NCBI GenBank assembly: GCA_036556305.1
Contig: DATBJO010000026.1
Coordinates: 23,427-87,426, forward strand
Direction of reading: 5' to 3'
Source of the DNA: Gemmatimonadota bacterium
GTDB taxonomy: Bacteria > Gemmatimonadota > Gemmatimonadetes > JACCXV01 > JAHWKZ01
Length of the DNA: 64,000 nucleotides
Made by a program: the position numbers and the translations under genes. Of the stretch, positions 46,836-54,140 are shown in pieces (position 1 is the first letter of the stretch; every line of letters begins with the position of its first letter). The notes below the pieces were generated by a model. The model saw only the letters and a program-made list of their open reading frames with translations, searched no databases and was not told the DNA's origin.

Positions 46836-48095
46836 TCAGCGGCCGTCCCAGCGGCGGACGACCAGCGCCGAGTTCTTCGAGCCGAACGCGATGCAGTTGA
46901 CCACCGCGTGCTCGATGTCCGCTGCGCGGCCCTCGTTCGCCACGTAGTCGAGGTCGCAGGCGGGATCGGGCTTGTCGTAGTTGATCGTCGGCGGGAGCCA
47001 TCCTTCGCGCATCGCCTCGATGGTCTCGACGAGACCGGCCGCGCCGCACGCGCCCTGAGGGTGTCCGGTCATCGACTTGAGCGCGGACGTCGGCAGCCGC
47101 TCGGCGTGGCCGTCGAACGCGAGCCGCACGGCGCGCGTCTCGATGCGGTCGTTGAGCTCGGTCGCGGTGCCGTGGAGGTTGACGTAGTCGATCCGCCCGG
47201 GCGCGACGTCCGCTTCCTCGAGCGCGCGCCGGATCGCGCGCGCGGCCTCCTCGCCGGTCGGCTCGGGCCGCACGCGGTGGTAGGCGTCACAGGTCGTGCC
47301 GTAGCCCAGCACCTCGACGAGCGGCGTCGCTCCGCGACGACGCGCGCTCGCCAGCGTCTCGAACACGAGGATCCAGGCGCCCTCGGCCATCACGAATCCG
47401 TCGCGATCGACGTTGAAGGGTCGCGAAGCGCGCGTCGGATCGCCGTTGCGGCACGTCATCGTCCCCATGCGCGCGAAGCCGGCCATGATGCCGGGGACGA
47501 TGCACGCCTCGGCGCCTCCGGTGACCACACGGTCGATCCGCCCGCCGCGAAGCGACTGGAGCGCGTAGCCCATCGCGTCCGAGGCCGACGTGCAGCCGGT
47601 GGACACGACGTGGCTCATCCCGCGCAGCTCGTGCTCCATCGAGACTTCGCTCGAGAGCATCCCCACGAACGTGGCCACGATGCTGTACGGGCTCACGCGC
47701 CGCGCGCCCTGGCGGTAGTAGACCTCGTACTGCTCCTCGCCGAACGCGATCCCGGCCGCACCGGTCCCGAGGATCACGCCCGTCCGCCGGCGCTCGTCGT
47801 CGGTCAGCTTCGGAGATTCGATGCCGGCATCGACGAGCGCCTCGGCGGTCGCCGCCAGCGTCATGGCGACGACCCGCATCCCGTAGCGCCGCGTCTTGGC
47901 CGGGAGGTGCGCGTCCACGTCGAACCGCTTGACCTCGCCGGCCACGCGGCAGTCGTGGTCGGAAGCGTCGTACAGCGTGATGGGCCCGGTCCCGCTCTCG
48001 CCCTTCGCGCAGGCGCGCCAGAAGGCGCCGCGCCCCAGCCCGTTCGGGCTCACCGCTCCCATTCCGGTCACGACCACCCGCGCGGCATCGCTCAT
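46836..48095 (-). CDS. fabF: Beta-ketoacyl-ACP synthase II
   Basis: VVTGMGAVSPNG...active-site region STGCTSASDAMGYA...NLHGTATELND...HPQGACGA. These are KAS I/II signatures. Confidence 0.9.
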   Translation of the reverse strand: MSDAARVVVTGMGAVSPNGLGRGAFWRACAKGESGTGPITLYDASDHDCRVAGEVKRFDVDAHLPAKTRRYGMRVVAMTLAATAEALVDAGIESPKLTDDERRRTGVILGTGAAGIAFGEEQYEVYYRQGARRVSPYSIVATFVGMLSSEVSMEHELRGMSHVVSTGCTSASDAMGYALQSLRGGRIDRVVTGGAEACIVPGIMAGFARMGTMTCRNGDPTRASRPFNVDRDGFVMAEGAWILVFETLASARRRGATPLVEVLGYGTTCDAYHRVRPEPTGEEAARAIRRALEEADVAPGRIDYVNLHGTATELNDRIETRAVRLAFDGHAERLPTSALKSMTGHPQGACGAAGLVETIEAMREGWLPPTINYDKPDPACDLDYVANEGRAADIEHAVVNCIAFGSKNSALVVRRWDGR

Positions 48096-48096
48096 G

Positions 48097-48116
48097 GCCG
48101 CGAATATACGCGGCCC
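48097..48116. promoter_or_regulatory. Perfect 20-bp palindrome GGCCGCGAATATACGCGGCC occupying most of the 35-bp divergent spacer between fabF and the E1-like gene. Candidate dimeric-regulator operator, or a shared -10 region.
   Basis: Seen directly in the sequence. The AT-rich core AATATA stands out in 70% GC DNA. Coordinates are good to about 1 nt. Confidence 0.4.
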
Positions 48117-48130
48117 TCTACCTTTGCGGC

Positions 48131-49153
48131 GTGGGCTCTGATCGGTACTCGCGCCAGCGCATTCTCCCCGAGATCGGCGACGCCGGGCAGGAGGCCATCG
48201 GCCGCTCGCACGCCGTGGTCGTCGGCTGCGGCGCGCTGGGGTCGGTTCAGGCCCAGCTCCTGGCCCGCGCGGGGGTGGGGCGGCTGACGATCATCGACCG
48301 CGACTTCGTGGAGCGCGCGAACCTGCAGCGCCAGATCCTGTTCAGCGATCGGGACGCGGAGGTGGCGGTGCCGAAGGCGGTCGCCGCCCAGCGCGCGCTG
48401 TCGGCGATCAATCCCGAAATCGAAGTGCGGGGGGTCGTGGACGACCTGCGCGCCGGCACCGCGGAAGACCTGCTGGCCGGCGCGGACGTCGTGTGCGACG
48501 GCACCGACAACTTCGAAACCCGCTACCTGATCAACGACTGGGCCGTGCGGGAGGGCGTGCCCTGGGTGTATGCGGGCGTCATCGGTACCGGCGGGCTCGT
48601 GATGCCGATCGTTCCGCACGAGACCGCCTGCCTGGCATGTGTCTTCGAGACGCCGCCCGAGACCGGCAGCCTTCCGACCTGCGAGACCGCGGGCGTGCTG
48701 GGAGCGGCCGCGGTCGTCGTCGCCGGCGTGCAGACCGCGGAGACGATGAAGCTCCTGGTCGGTGCCCGCGACCGGCTCCTCGCCGGACTCCTGCGCTACG
48801 ACGGATGGGAAGATTCGTTCACGATCGTGAAGACCGGTGGACCGCGAGACGGATGTCCCGCTTGCGACGCGGCGGACTTCGCATGGCTCGAGGGTCGTCG
48901 GGGCTCGCGCGCCGCCCGGCTCTGCGGCCGCAATGCGATCCAGATCCTGCCGCGGGGGGAGAGCCGCCCCTCGCTGGCGGCGGTGGCCGCGCGGATCGGG
49001 GACGAATGGGACGTGGAGGTCGGCGAGCACATGCTTCGCGCACGGCGGAACGGCGTGACCGTCAACCTGTTCCGCGACGGAAGAGCGATCATCGACGGGA
49101 CCGACGACGAGGCCCAGGCGCGCTCGATCCTGGCCCGCCTGGTGGGCACTTGA
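48131..49153 (+). CDS. ThiF/MoeB/HesA-family E1-like adenylyltransferase with a C-terminal extension of about 90 aa
   Basis: RYSRQRILPEIGDAGQEAIGRSHAVVVGCGALGS...DFVERANLQRQILF (nucleotide-binding Rossmann motif). Two CxxC pairs (ACLAC...PTCE...GCPACD). The extension after residue 250 lacks a rhodanese signature. Confidence 0.8.
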   Translation: MGSDRYSRQRILPEIGDAGQEAIGRSHAVVVGCGALGSVQAQLLARAGVGRLTIIDRDFVERANLQRQILFSDRDAEVAVPKAVAAQRALSAINPEIEVRGVVDDLRAGTAEDLLAGADVVCDGTDNFETRYLINDWAVREGVPWVYAGVIGTGGLVMPIVPHETACLACVFETPPETGSLPTCETAGVLGAAAVVVAGVQTAETMKLLVGARDRLLAGLLRYDGWEDSFTIVKTGGPRDGCPACDAADFAWLEGRRGSRAARLCGRNAIQILPRGESRPSLAAVAARIGDEWDVEVGEHMLRARRNGVTVNLFRDGRAIIDGTDDEAQARSILARLVGT

Positions 49154-49170
49154 CGGGCCGTTCAGGTGCC

Positions 49171-49198
49171 TAGACACGCGCCCGGGGGGTGGTATAAT
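49171..49198 (+). promoter_or_regulatory. Near-consensus sigma70-like promoter TAGACA-N16-TATAAT. The Shine-Dalgarno sequence AGGAGGTG follows 5 nt upstream of the TTG start of the small ORF.
   Basis: Seen directly in the sequence. The TATAAT hexamer and 16-nt spacer are exceptional in this GC-rich context. Confidence 0.45.
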
Positions 49199-49233
49199 AA
49201 CGGACCTTCGAACCGGGAAAAGGAGGTGGGTCC

Positions 49234-49413
49234 TTGGCATACTGTCCGGAATGCGATGCCGAGATAGAGGGTGAACCGTATGAATTCGAAGAGGGTGAAG
49301 TGATCGAATGTCCCGAATGCGGATGCGAGCTCGAGGTCACGAGCACGTCGCCGCTGGAGTTCGAATTGGTCGAAAGCGACTGGGAAGAAGACGAAGAGGA
49401 GGAGTGGGACTGA
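49234..49413 (+). CDS. Small (59 aa) zinc-ribbon protein with a polyacidic C-terminal tail, LysW/ArgW-like amino-group carrier protein homolog. TTG start. Not in the ORF track.
   Basis: Manual translation: (M)AYCPECDAEIEGEPYEFEEGEVIECPECGCELEVTSTSPLEFELVESDWEEDEEEEWD. Two CPECG/CPECD knuckles are spaced as in LysW. The ELEV after the second knuckle and an acidic W-containing C-terminus are also LysW-like. The gene has its own promoter plus a strong Shine-Dalgarno sequence. It is an AT-rich island in a 70% GC genome. Confidence 0.6.
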   Translation: MAYCPECDAEIEGEPYEFEEGEVIECPECGCELEVTSTSPLEFELVESDWEEDEEEEWD

Positions 49414-49420
49414 GCCGTTA

Positions 49421-49460
49421 GGCGCGGTCCGCGTCCGGAGTCGCAGGGCGCGGACCGCGC
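49421..49460 (+). terminator. Strong GC hairpin (GGCGCGGTCCGCG ... CGCGGACCGCGCC) immediately after the small ORF. Terminator or attenuator without a U-tract.
   Basis: A 12-13-bp inverted repeat seen directly in the sequence, lying between the small-ORF stop (49413) and the kinase start (49473). Confidence 0.35.
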
Positions 49461-49472
49461 ACCGGACCCGCC

Positions 49473-50657
49473 ATGCCGATCTTCGAAAGCCCGTTTCTCG
49501 CCGCACTTTCCTTTCTGCTGCTCGCGGCGCTCGCCCTTACCATATGGCTTCTCCACCGCTCCCGCGCGGAGCGCTCGCAGGCGAGCGATCTCGAGCGTCT
49601 GCTCGAAGAAGATCCGAACATGATCTGCGTCGTCATGGACGGTGCGATCGTGTTCGCGAACCGGGCACTCCGCGAGCGGTCCGGCCGTACGCTCGCCCAG
49701 CTGCGCGACGACAATCCGCTGCGATTCCTTCCACCCGGCAAGCCCGCGGCGAAGGTGGAGATCGACTTCGTCGATGGGCGCGGTCAACAAGTGCCCGTCA
49801 TCGCGCATGCGGATGCGGTCGAATGGCGCGGATCGGCGGCCTGGCGCTATTCGCTGGTCGATATCTCCGAGCAGCGGGATGCGGAGCGCGAAGTCCGGGA
49901 GATGATGAAGGAGCTCCAGCGGATGAACGCGGAGCTCGAGTCCGCGAATCGCCGGCAGACGGAGTTCCTTTCGAATACCACCCACGAGCTCAAGACGCCG
50001 CTCACGTCGATCATCGCGAATACCGAGGTGCTCGAGTACGAGATGTGCGGGTCGCTCAACGAGGAGCAACGGCGGGTCATCAAGAACATCTCGCGGAACA
50101 GTCATCATCTGCTGGAGATGATCACGCGGCTGCTGGCGTTCGCCAGTCAGCGCGAAGGAGGCGATGTCCTGCGGCCGCAGGAAGTCGCGGTGCCCGTCCT
50201 CCTCGACAACGTGATCGAGACCGTTCGACCGCTGCTGGAGGAGGCCGCCCTGGACGTCGAGCTCGAGGTGGAGCGGGACATGCCTCCGTGCTGGCTGGAT
50301 CCGGACAAGATCTACCGCGTCTACCTGAACCTCGTGGAGAACGCCATCAAGTTCTCGCCTCGCGGGGTCATCCGCGTCGGGGCCCGGATTCTGGACGGGC
50401 AGCTGGAGGGCAGCGTCACGGATCAGGGAGTCGGCATCCCTCCCGACATGCTGGAGGACGTGTTCCAGCCGTTCCATCAGGTCGACGTGGGTTCCGCCAG
50501 GAGCTACGGCGGCGTCGGCCTGGGCCTCGCGATCTGCAAGCACCTCGTGGAGCTGCACGGCGGTCGCATCTGGGCCGAGTCCCCACGCGCGGACGGAAGC
50601 ACGTTCCGGTTCCGGGTTCCGTGCGACGGCCCGGTGGAGAGCGCGGACGCGGAGTGA
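49473..50657 (+). CDS. Sensor histidine kinase (TM, PAS-like, HisKA, HATPase_c). No cognate response regulator is adjacent.
   Basis: H-box TTHELKTPLTSI. N/G-boxes LNLVENAIKFS, DQGVGIP, GGVGLGLAICKHLVELHGGRIWAES. Confidence 0.85.
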   Translation: MPIFESPFLAALSFLLLAALALTIWLLHRSRAERSQASDLERLLEEDPNMICVVMDGAIVFANRALRERSGRTLAQLRDDNPLRFLPPGKPAAKVEIDFVDGRGQQVPVIAHADAVEWRGSAAWRYSLVDISEQRDAEREVREMMKELQRMNAELESANRRQTEFLSNTTHELKTPLTSIIANTEVLEYEMCGSLNEEQRRVIKNISRNSHHLLEMITRLLAFASQREGGDVLRPQEVAVPVLLDNVIETVRPLLEEAALDVELEVERDMPPCWLDPDKIYRVYLNLVENAIKFSPRGVIRVGARILDGQLEGSVTDQGVGIPPDMLEDVFQPFHQVDVGSARSYGGVGLGLAICKHLVELHGGRIWAESPRADGSTFRFRVPCDGPVESADAE

Positions 50658-51355
50658 TCGGCGGGACGCGGGTGAGCGTCGTGGTGCCGGCCTGGAACGA
50701 GGCCGAGCGCCTTCCCGGACTGCTCGACGCCCTCGAGCGATGCGACCCTCGGCCTCACGAGGTGATCGTCGTCGACGGCGGCTCCGCGGACGGGACGCGC
50801 GAGCTCGCCACCCGCAGAGCGATCGTGATCGAAGCCCAGCGCGGTCGCGCCTCGCAGCAGAACGCGGGCGCGCGCGAGGCCGCCGGCGACGCGTTCTGGT
50901 TCGTGCACGCCGACAGCGTCCCCGGCCCGGCGGCCGTGGCGGAGATCGAGAGCGCGCTCGCCGGCGGCGCGCCCGGCGGCTGCTTCCGGATCGCGTTTCC
51001 GGCCGAGGAGCGATCCGCGCATCCGCTCGTTCCGTGGATCGAGCGCGGGATCAACCTGCGAACCCGCGCGACGCGGCGGGGCACAGGGGATCAGGGCCTG
51101 TTCGTCCGGCGGGAAGTGTTCCGGGCCGCCGGCGGATTCCCCGCGTGGCCGCTGTTCGAGGACGTCGCTCTCGCCGCCGCCATCGAACGCGCGGGGCGGC
51201 CGGCCGTCTGCCGCGGACCGCTCGAGACGAGCGCCCGACGCTGGCTCTCGCACGGGGTCGCGCGGACGATGGGGCTCATGTGGACGCTGCGCCTGGGGTA
51301 CCGGGCCGGAGTGTCGCCCGAGCGGCTCGAACGGCTCTGGCTGCGAACGACCTGA
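50654..51355 (+). CDS. Family 2 glycosyltransferase (TIGR04283-like, about 230 aa)
   Basis: VSVVVPAWNEAERL....EVIVVDGGSADGT is the GT2 N-terminus. The GTG start overlaps the kinase stop codon (GTGA). Confidence 0.7.
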   Translation: MIGGTRVSVVVPAWNEAERLPGLLDALERCDPRPHEVIVVDGGSADGTRELATRRAIVIEAQRGRASQQNAGAREAAGDAFWFVHADSVPGPAAVAEIESALAGGAPGGCFRIAFPAEERSAHPLVPWIERGINLRTRATRRGTGDQGLFVRREVFRAAGGFPAWPLFEDVALAAAIERAGRPAVCRGPLETSARRWLSHGVARTMGLMWTLRLGYRAGVSPERLERLWLRTT

Positions 51356-51435
51356 GCGCCGCGCTCGGGCGCTCTTGCCCGCTCCGGGTCGCTCTCTATC
51401 TTCGGCTTCCGACCCGAGCCGGAGAGTGCGTCCGC

Positions 51436-51762
51436 GTGGAAGACCTGCTGTTCGAACGGCTCGACCGCATGGGATCCGACGTCGATCCCGAGGTCGTCCT
51501 CCAGGATCTCTACCTGATCGACCGGATCGTCCGGCCCCAGACGGGTCCGCGCGAGCCCGAGTATCGGACCCCGTTCCTGCTCGAAGCCCTCGAGGCGCGT
51601 GACTTCTTCTCCGACCAGCACGGCCGCTGGGAGGCGATCGAAGTCTTCGACGATCTCTGCGATCTCTGCGACATCCGCTCGTACGCCGGGCTCTCCGCCG
51701 TGCTCGAGCGCTTCCGGGTCTACCGACGGTCACGCGATCCCAGCGCGATCGGCGACCGCTGA
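51436..51762 (+). CDS. Hypothetical protein (about 108 aa, probably GTG start)
   Basis: Co-directional ORF between the glycosyltransferase and mgtC. No family was recognised. Confidence 0.35.
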   Translation: MEDLLFERLDRMGSDVDPEVVLQDLYLIDRIVRPQTGPREPEYRTPFLLEALEARDFFSDQHGRWEAIEVFDDLCDLCDIRSYAGLSAVLERFRVYRRSRDPSAIGDR

Positions 51763-51769
51763 TCTCCCG

Positions 51770-52438
51770 ATGGACTTCGCGTCCGCCGACATGTGGATCA
51801 AGCTGGCGCTTTCGACGATGTGCGGTGCCGCGATCGGCATCGAGCGCGAGCTCCACGACAAGCCGGCGGGCCTCAGGACGAACATCCTGATCTGCGTCGG
51901 CTCGACTCTGATGACGATGGTCTCGATCCACGTGGCGCTGACCTACGCCGAGCGGCAGGTCAACATCGCCGATCCGGGCCGGATCGCGGCGCAGGTCGTC
52001 TCCGGAGTCGGCTTCCTCGGCGCGGGCACCATCATCCAGGCACGGGGATCCGTCCACGGGCTCACGACGGCGGCCACGATCTGGGTCATGGCGGGCGTCG
52101 GCCTCGCGATCGGCGCCGGCGTCTACGCGTACGCGATCGCGACGACGGTCATCATCCTCGCGACGCTGGTCGTCCTGGGATGGCTCGAGACCCATCTCAC
52201 CCCGCGCCGGCGCTTCGTCTACTTCCACGTTCTCGCCGCGCGCCGGCCCGCGTTGATCGACGAGATCAACGAGCTGGCCGAACGCGAGCGGCTTTCGCTC
52301 GACGACTTCGCCCTGAAGCGCGACGACTCGGGACTCAGGTTCGATTTCGCGCTCTCGCTGCCGACTCGCAAGCGCGACGCCCTGATCGCCGGCATCCTCG
52401 AGCTGGAAGGCGTCAGGGACGTCAAGGTCAACGAGTGA
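51770..52438 (+). CDS. MgtC/SapB family membrane protein
   Basis: WIKLALSTMCGAAIGIERE...GLRTNILICVGSTL is the MgtC N-terminal signature. A C-terminal soluble domain follows. Confidence 0.8.
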   Translation: MDFASADMWIKLALSTMCGAAIGIERELHDKPAGLRTNILICVGSTLMTMVSIHVALTYAERQVNIADPGRIAAQVVSGVGFLGAGTIIQARGSVHGLTTAATIWVMAGVGLAIGAGVYAYAIATTVIILATLVVLGWLETHLTPRRRFVYFHVLAARRPALIDEINELAERERLSLDDFALKRDDSGLRFDFALSLPTRKRDALIAGILELEGVRDVKVNE

Positions 52439-53340
52439 CGCCGGATTCCGGCGCCCCGCTCGGTGGCCTCCTGTGTCCGATCACGACCCCATTCCTTCCA
52501 AGCGGCGAACCCTCGCCCGAGAGACTCGCCGCGCAGATCGAGGTCTACGAGCGCTGGCCGCTCGCCGGGATCGTGCTCTTCGGGACGAGCGGAGAGGGTC
52601 CGATGCTGGATGCGGACGAGGAGCCGCCGCTGCTCGCGGCGGCGCGCTCCGCGCTGGGTCCGCGTCGGGCGCTCGTCGCGCAGGTCGGACACGAGAGCCT
52701 GCGCGCGACCCTGGCGTCGGCCCGGCGCGCGGAGGCGGTCGGGGCCGACGCGCTCCTCTGCCTTCCGCCGCGCTATTATCCGCTCGGACGCGACGGGCTC
52801 GCGGCCTTCTACCGCGCGGTCGCCCACGGGTGCGGCCTGCCGGTCCTCGCCTACCACATCCCGCAGCGGAGTCACGTCGATCCCGGCGCCGAGCTCCTGT
52901 GCGAGCTCGCGGCCGAGGGGACGCTCGCCGGCATCAAGGAGTCGGCCGGCGACATCGAGCTCCAGCGCGCCCTGCGGGCGGCCGCGGGCGAGCGATTCTC
53001 GATCCTGAACGGGAGCGGGGCATTGACGCTGGAAGCCCTGCACGCCGGAGCCGACGGGGCGATCCTCGCCGTCGCCGACGCCGCGCCGGAAGCCGCGCTC
53101 GCGATCCTCGACGCCCACGGCGCGGGAGACGACGACGCGGCTGCGGCGGCGCAGCGCGCCATCGCCCCCCTGGCCGCCGCGCTCGGGGCGCGCTTCGGCG
53201 TCCCCGGCATCAAGGCCGCGCTCGACCACCGCGGCTGGCCGGGCGGAGGGCCACCGCGCCCGCCGCTCGCGCCGGTCGGCGCCGAAGCGCGCGCGGAGAT
53301 CGCGGCCGCGTTGCGGGTCGCCGGGGTCGACCTATCTTGA
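52435..53340 (+). CDS. DapA/NanA-family class I aldolase (dihydrodipicolinate synthase-like)
   Basis: PITTPF.......LAAQIEVYERWPLAGIVLFGTSGEGPML...LAYHIP.....AG.KES. These are family motifs. Substrate specificity cannot be assigned from the sequence alone. The GTG start overlaps the mgtC stop codon. Confidence 0.7.
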   Translation: MTPDSGAPLGGLLCPITTPFLPSGEPSPERLAAQIEVYERWPLAGIVLFGTSGEGPMLDADEEPPLLAAARSALGPRRALVAQVGHESLRATLASARRAEAVGADALLCLPPRYYPLGRDGLAAFYRAVAHGCGLPVLAYHIPQRSHVDPGAELLCELAAEGTLAGIKESAGDIELQRALRAAAGERFSILNGSGALTLEALHAGADGAILAVADAAPEAALAILDAHGAGDDDAAAAAQRAIAPLAAALGARFGVPGIKAALDHRGWPGGGPPRPPLAPVGAEARAEIAAALRVAGVDLS

Positions 53341-53346
53341 GCCGCG

Positions 53347-54120
53347 ATGACCACCGCCGCCGATCGCGAAGCGCGCCGCGAGATCGTCAAGTTCCTGGGT
53401 CGGCTCGAGACCGCCTGGACGAAAGGCCGGTTCGAGGAGCTTCGGGAGTGCTTCCTGGAAGCGGCGGTTCTCGTGAGTCCCGATCTCGAGCAGCGCATGG
53501 AGGGTCGTGATCCCATCATCGCGAGCTACGCGGAGTTTCTCGCGGAGTCCCGACTCCTGAAGTTCGATTCGGAGCCCCCGATGATCGAGGTCTTCGGCGA
53601 CACCGCGGTGAGCCTCACCGGGTGGACCGTGGAGTACGAGCGGCAGGGCGAGGTCCAGCGGGAGAGCGGCAAGGACCTCCTCGTCCTGGCCCGCAAGGAA
53701 GGCGCGTGGAAGATCGCGTGGCGCACGCTCATCCTCGCGGCCTGCGCCGCCTTCGTCTGCCTCGCCGCCGCGTGCGGAGGCTCGGGATCGGATTCGCAAT
53801 CCCAGCCCGCGCCTCAGCCGCTCGGCGAGGCGACCGATCTGCCGGGAGCCGGCGCGCCTCCGCCGGAGCAGCAGGCCCGCGAGCTCGCGGGAAACCCGCG
53901 CCTCCTCCTGTTCGACGTCCAGACGGCGCTCGAGGGCGTCCGCGAGACGCATGGAGCGTACCCGTCGGAGGACGAATTCCGGGCCACCGAGTCGTGGGCC
54001 CTCCAGCGCGCCGCGCTCGACGCCGCGTTCGACACGTGGACCTTCGAATCGGACGGGCAGACCTATCGTCTGACCGGCGAATCGGGCGGACGCGCGTTCT
54101 CGATCAGCTCGGCCGAGTGA
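53347..54120 (+). CDS. NTF2-like (SnoaL/DUF4440-like) domain fused in frame to a lipoprotein-signal-like segment and a C-terminal domain
   Basis: The N-terminal 125 aa end ...EGAWKIAWRTL (end of the NTF2-like fold). Then comes ILAACAAFVCLAAACGGSGSD (lipobox-like) and a further domain of about 110 aa. There is no stop codon between them. Confidence 0.45.
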   Translation: MTTAADREARREIVKFLGRLETAWTKGRFEELRECFLEAAVLVSPDLEQRMEGRDPIIASYAEFLAESRLLKFDSEPPMIEVFGDTAVSLTGWTVEYERQGEVQRESGKDLLVLARKEGAWKIAWRTLILAACAAFVCLAAACGGSGSDSQSQPAPQPLGEATDLPGAGAPPPEQQARELAGNPRLLLFDVQTALEGVRETHGAYPSEDEFRATESWALQRAALDAAFDTWTFESDGQTYRLTGESGGRAFSISSAE

Positions 54121-54140
54121 GCCGCGAAGCGGACCGCGAC

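Noticed and set aside
49195-49225. GGTTCGAAGG on the minus strand. It resembles a tRNA T-loop.
   Set aside because: No complementary T-stem, acceptor stem or anticodon arm can be formed. The sequence is the promoter and Shine-Dalgarno region of the small LysW-like ORF.
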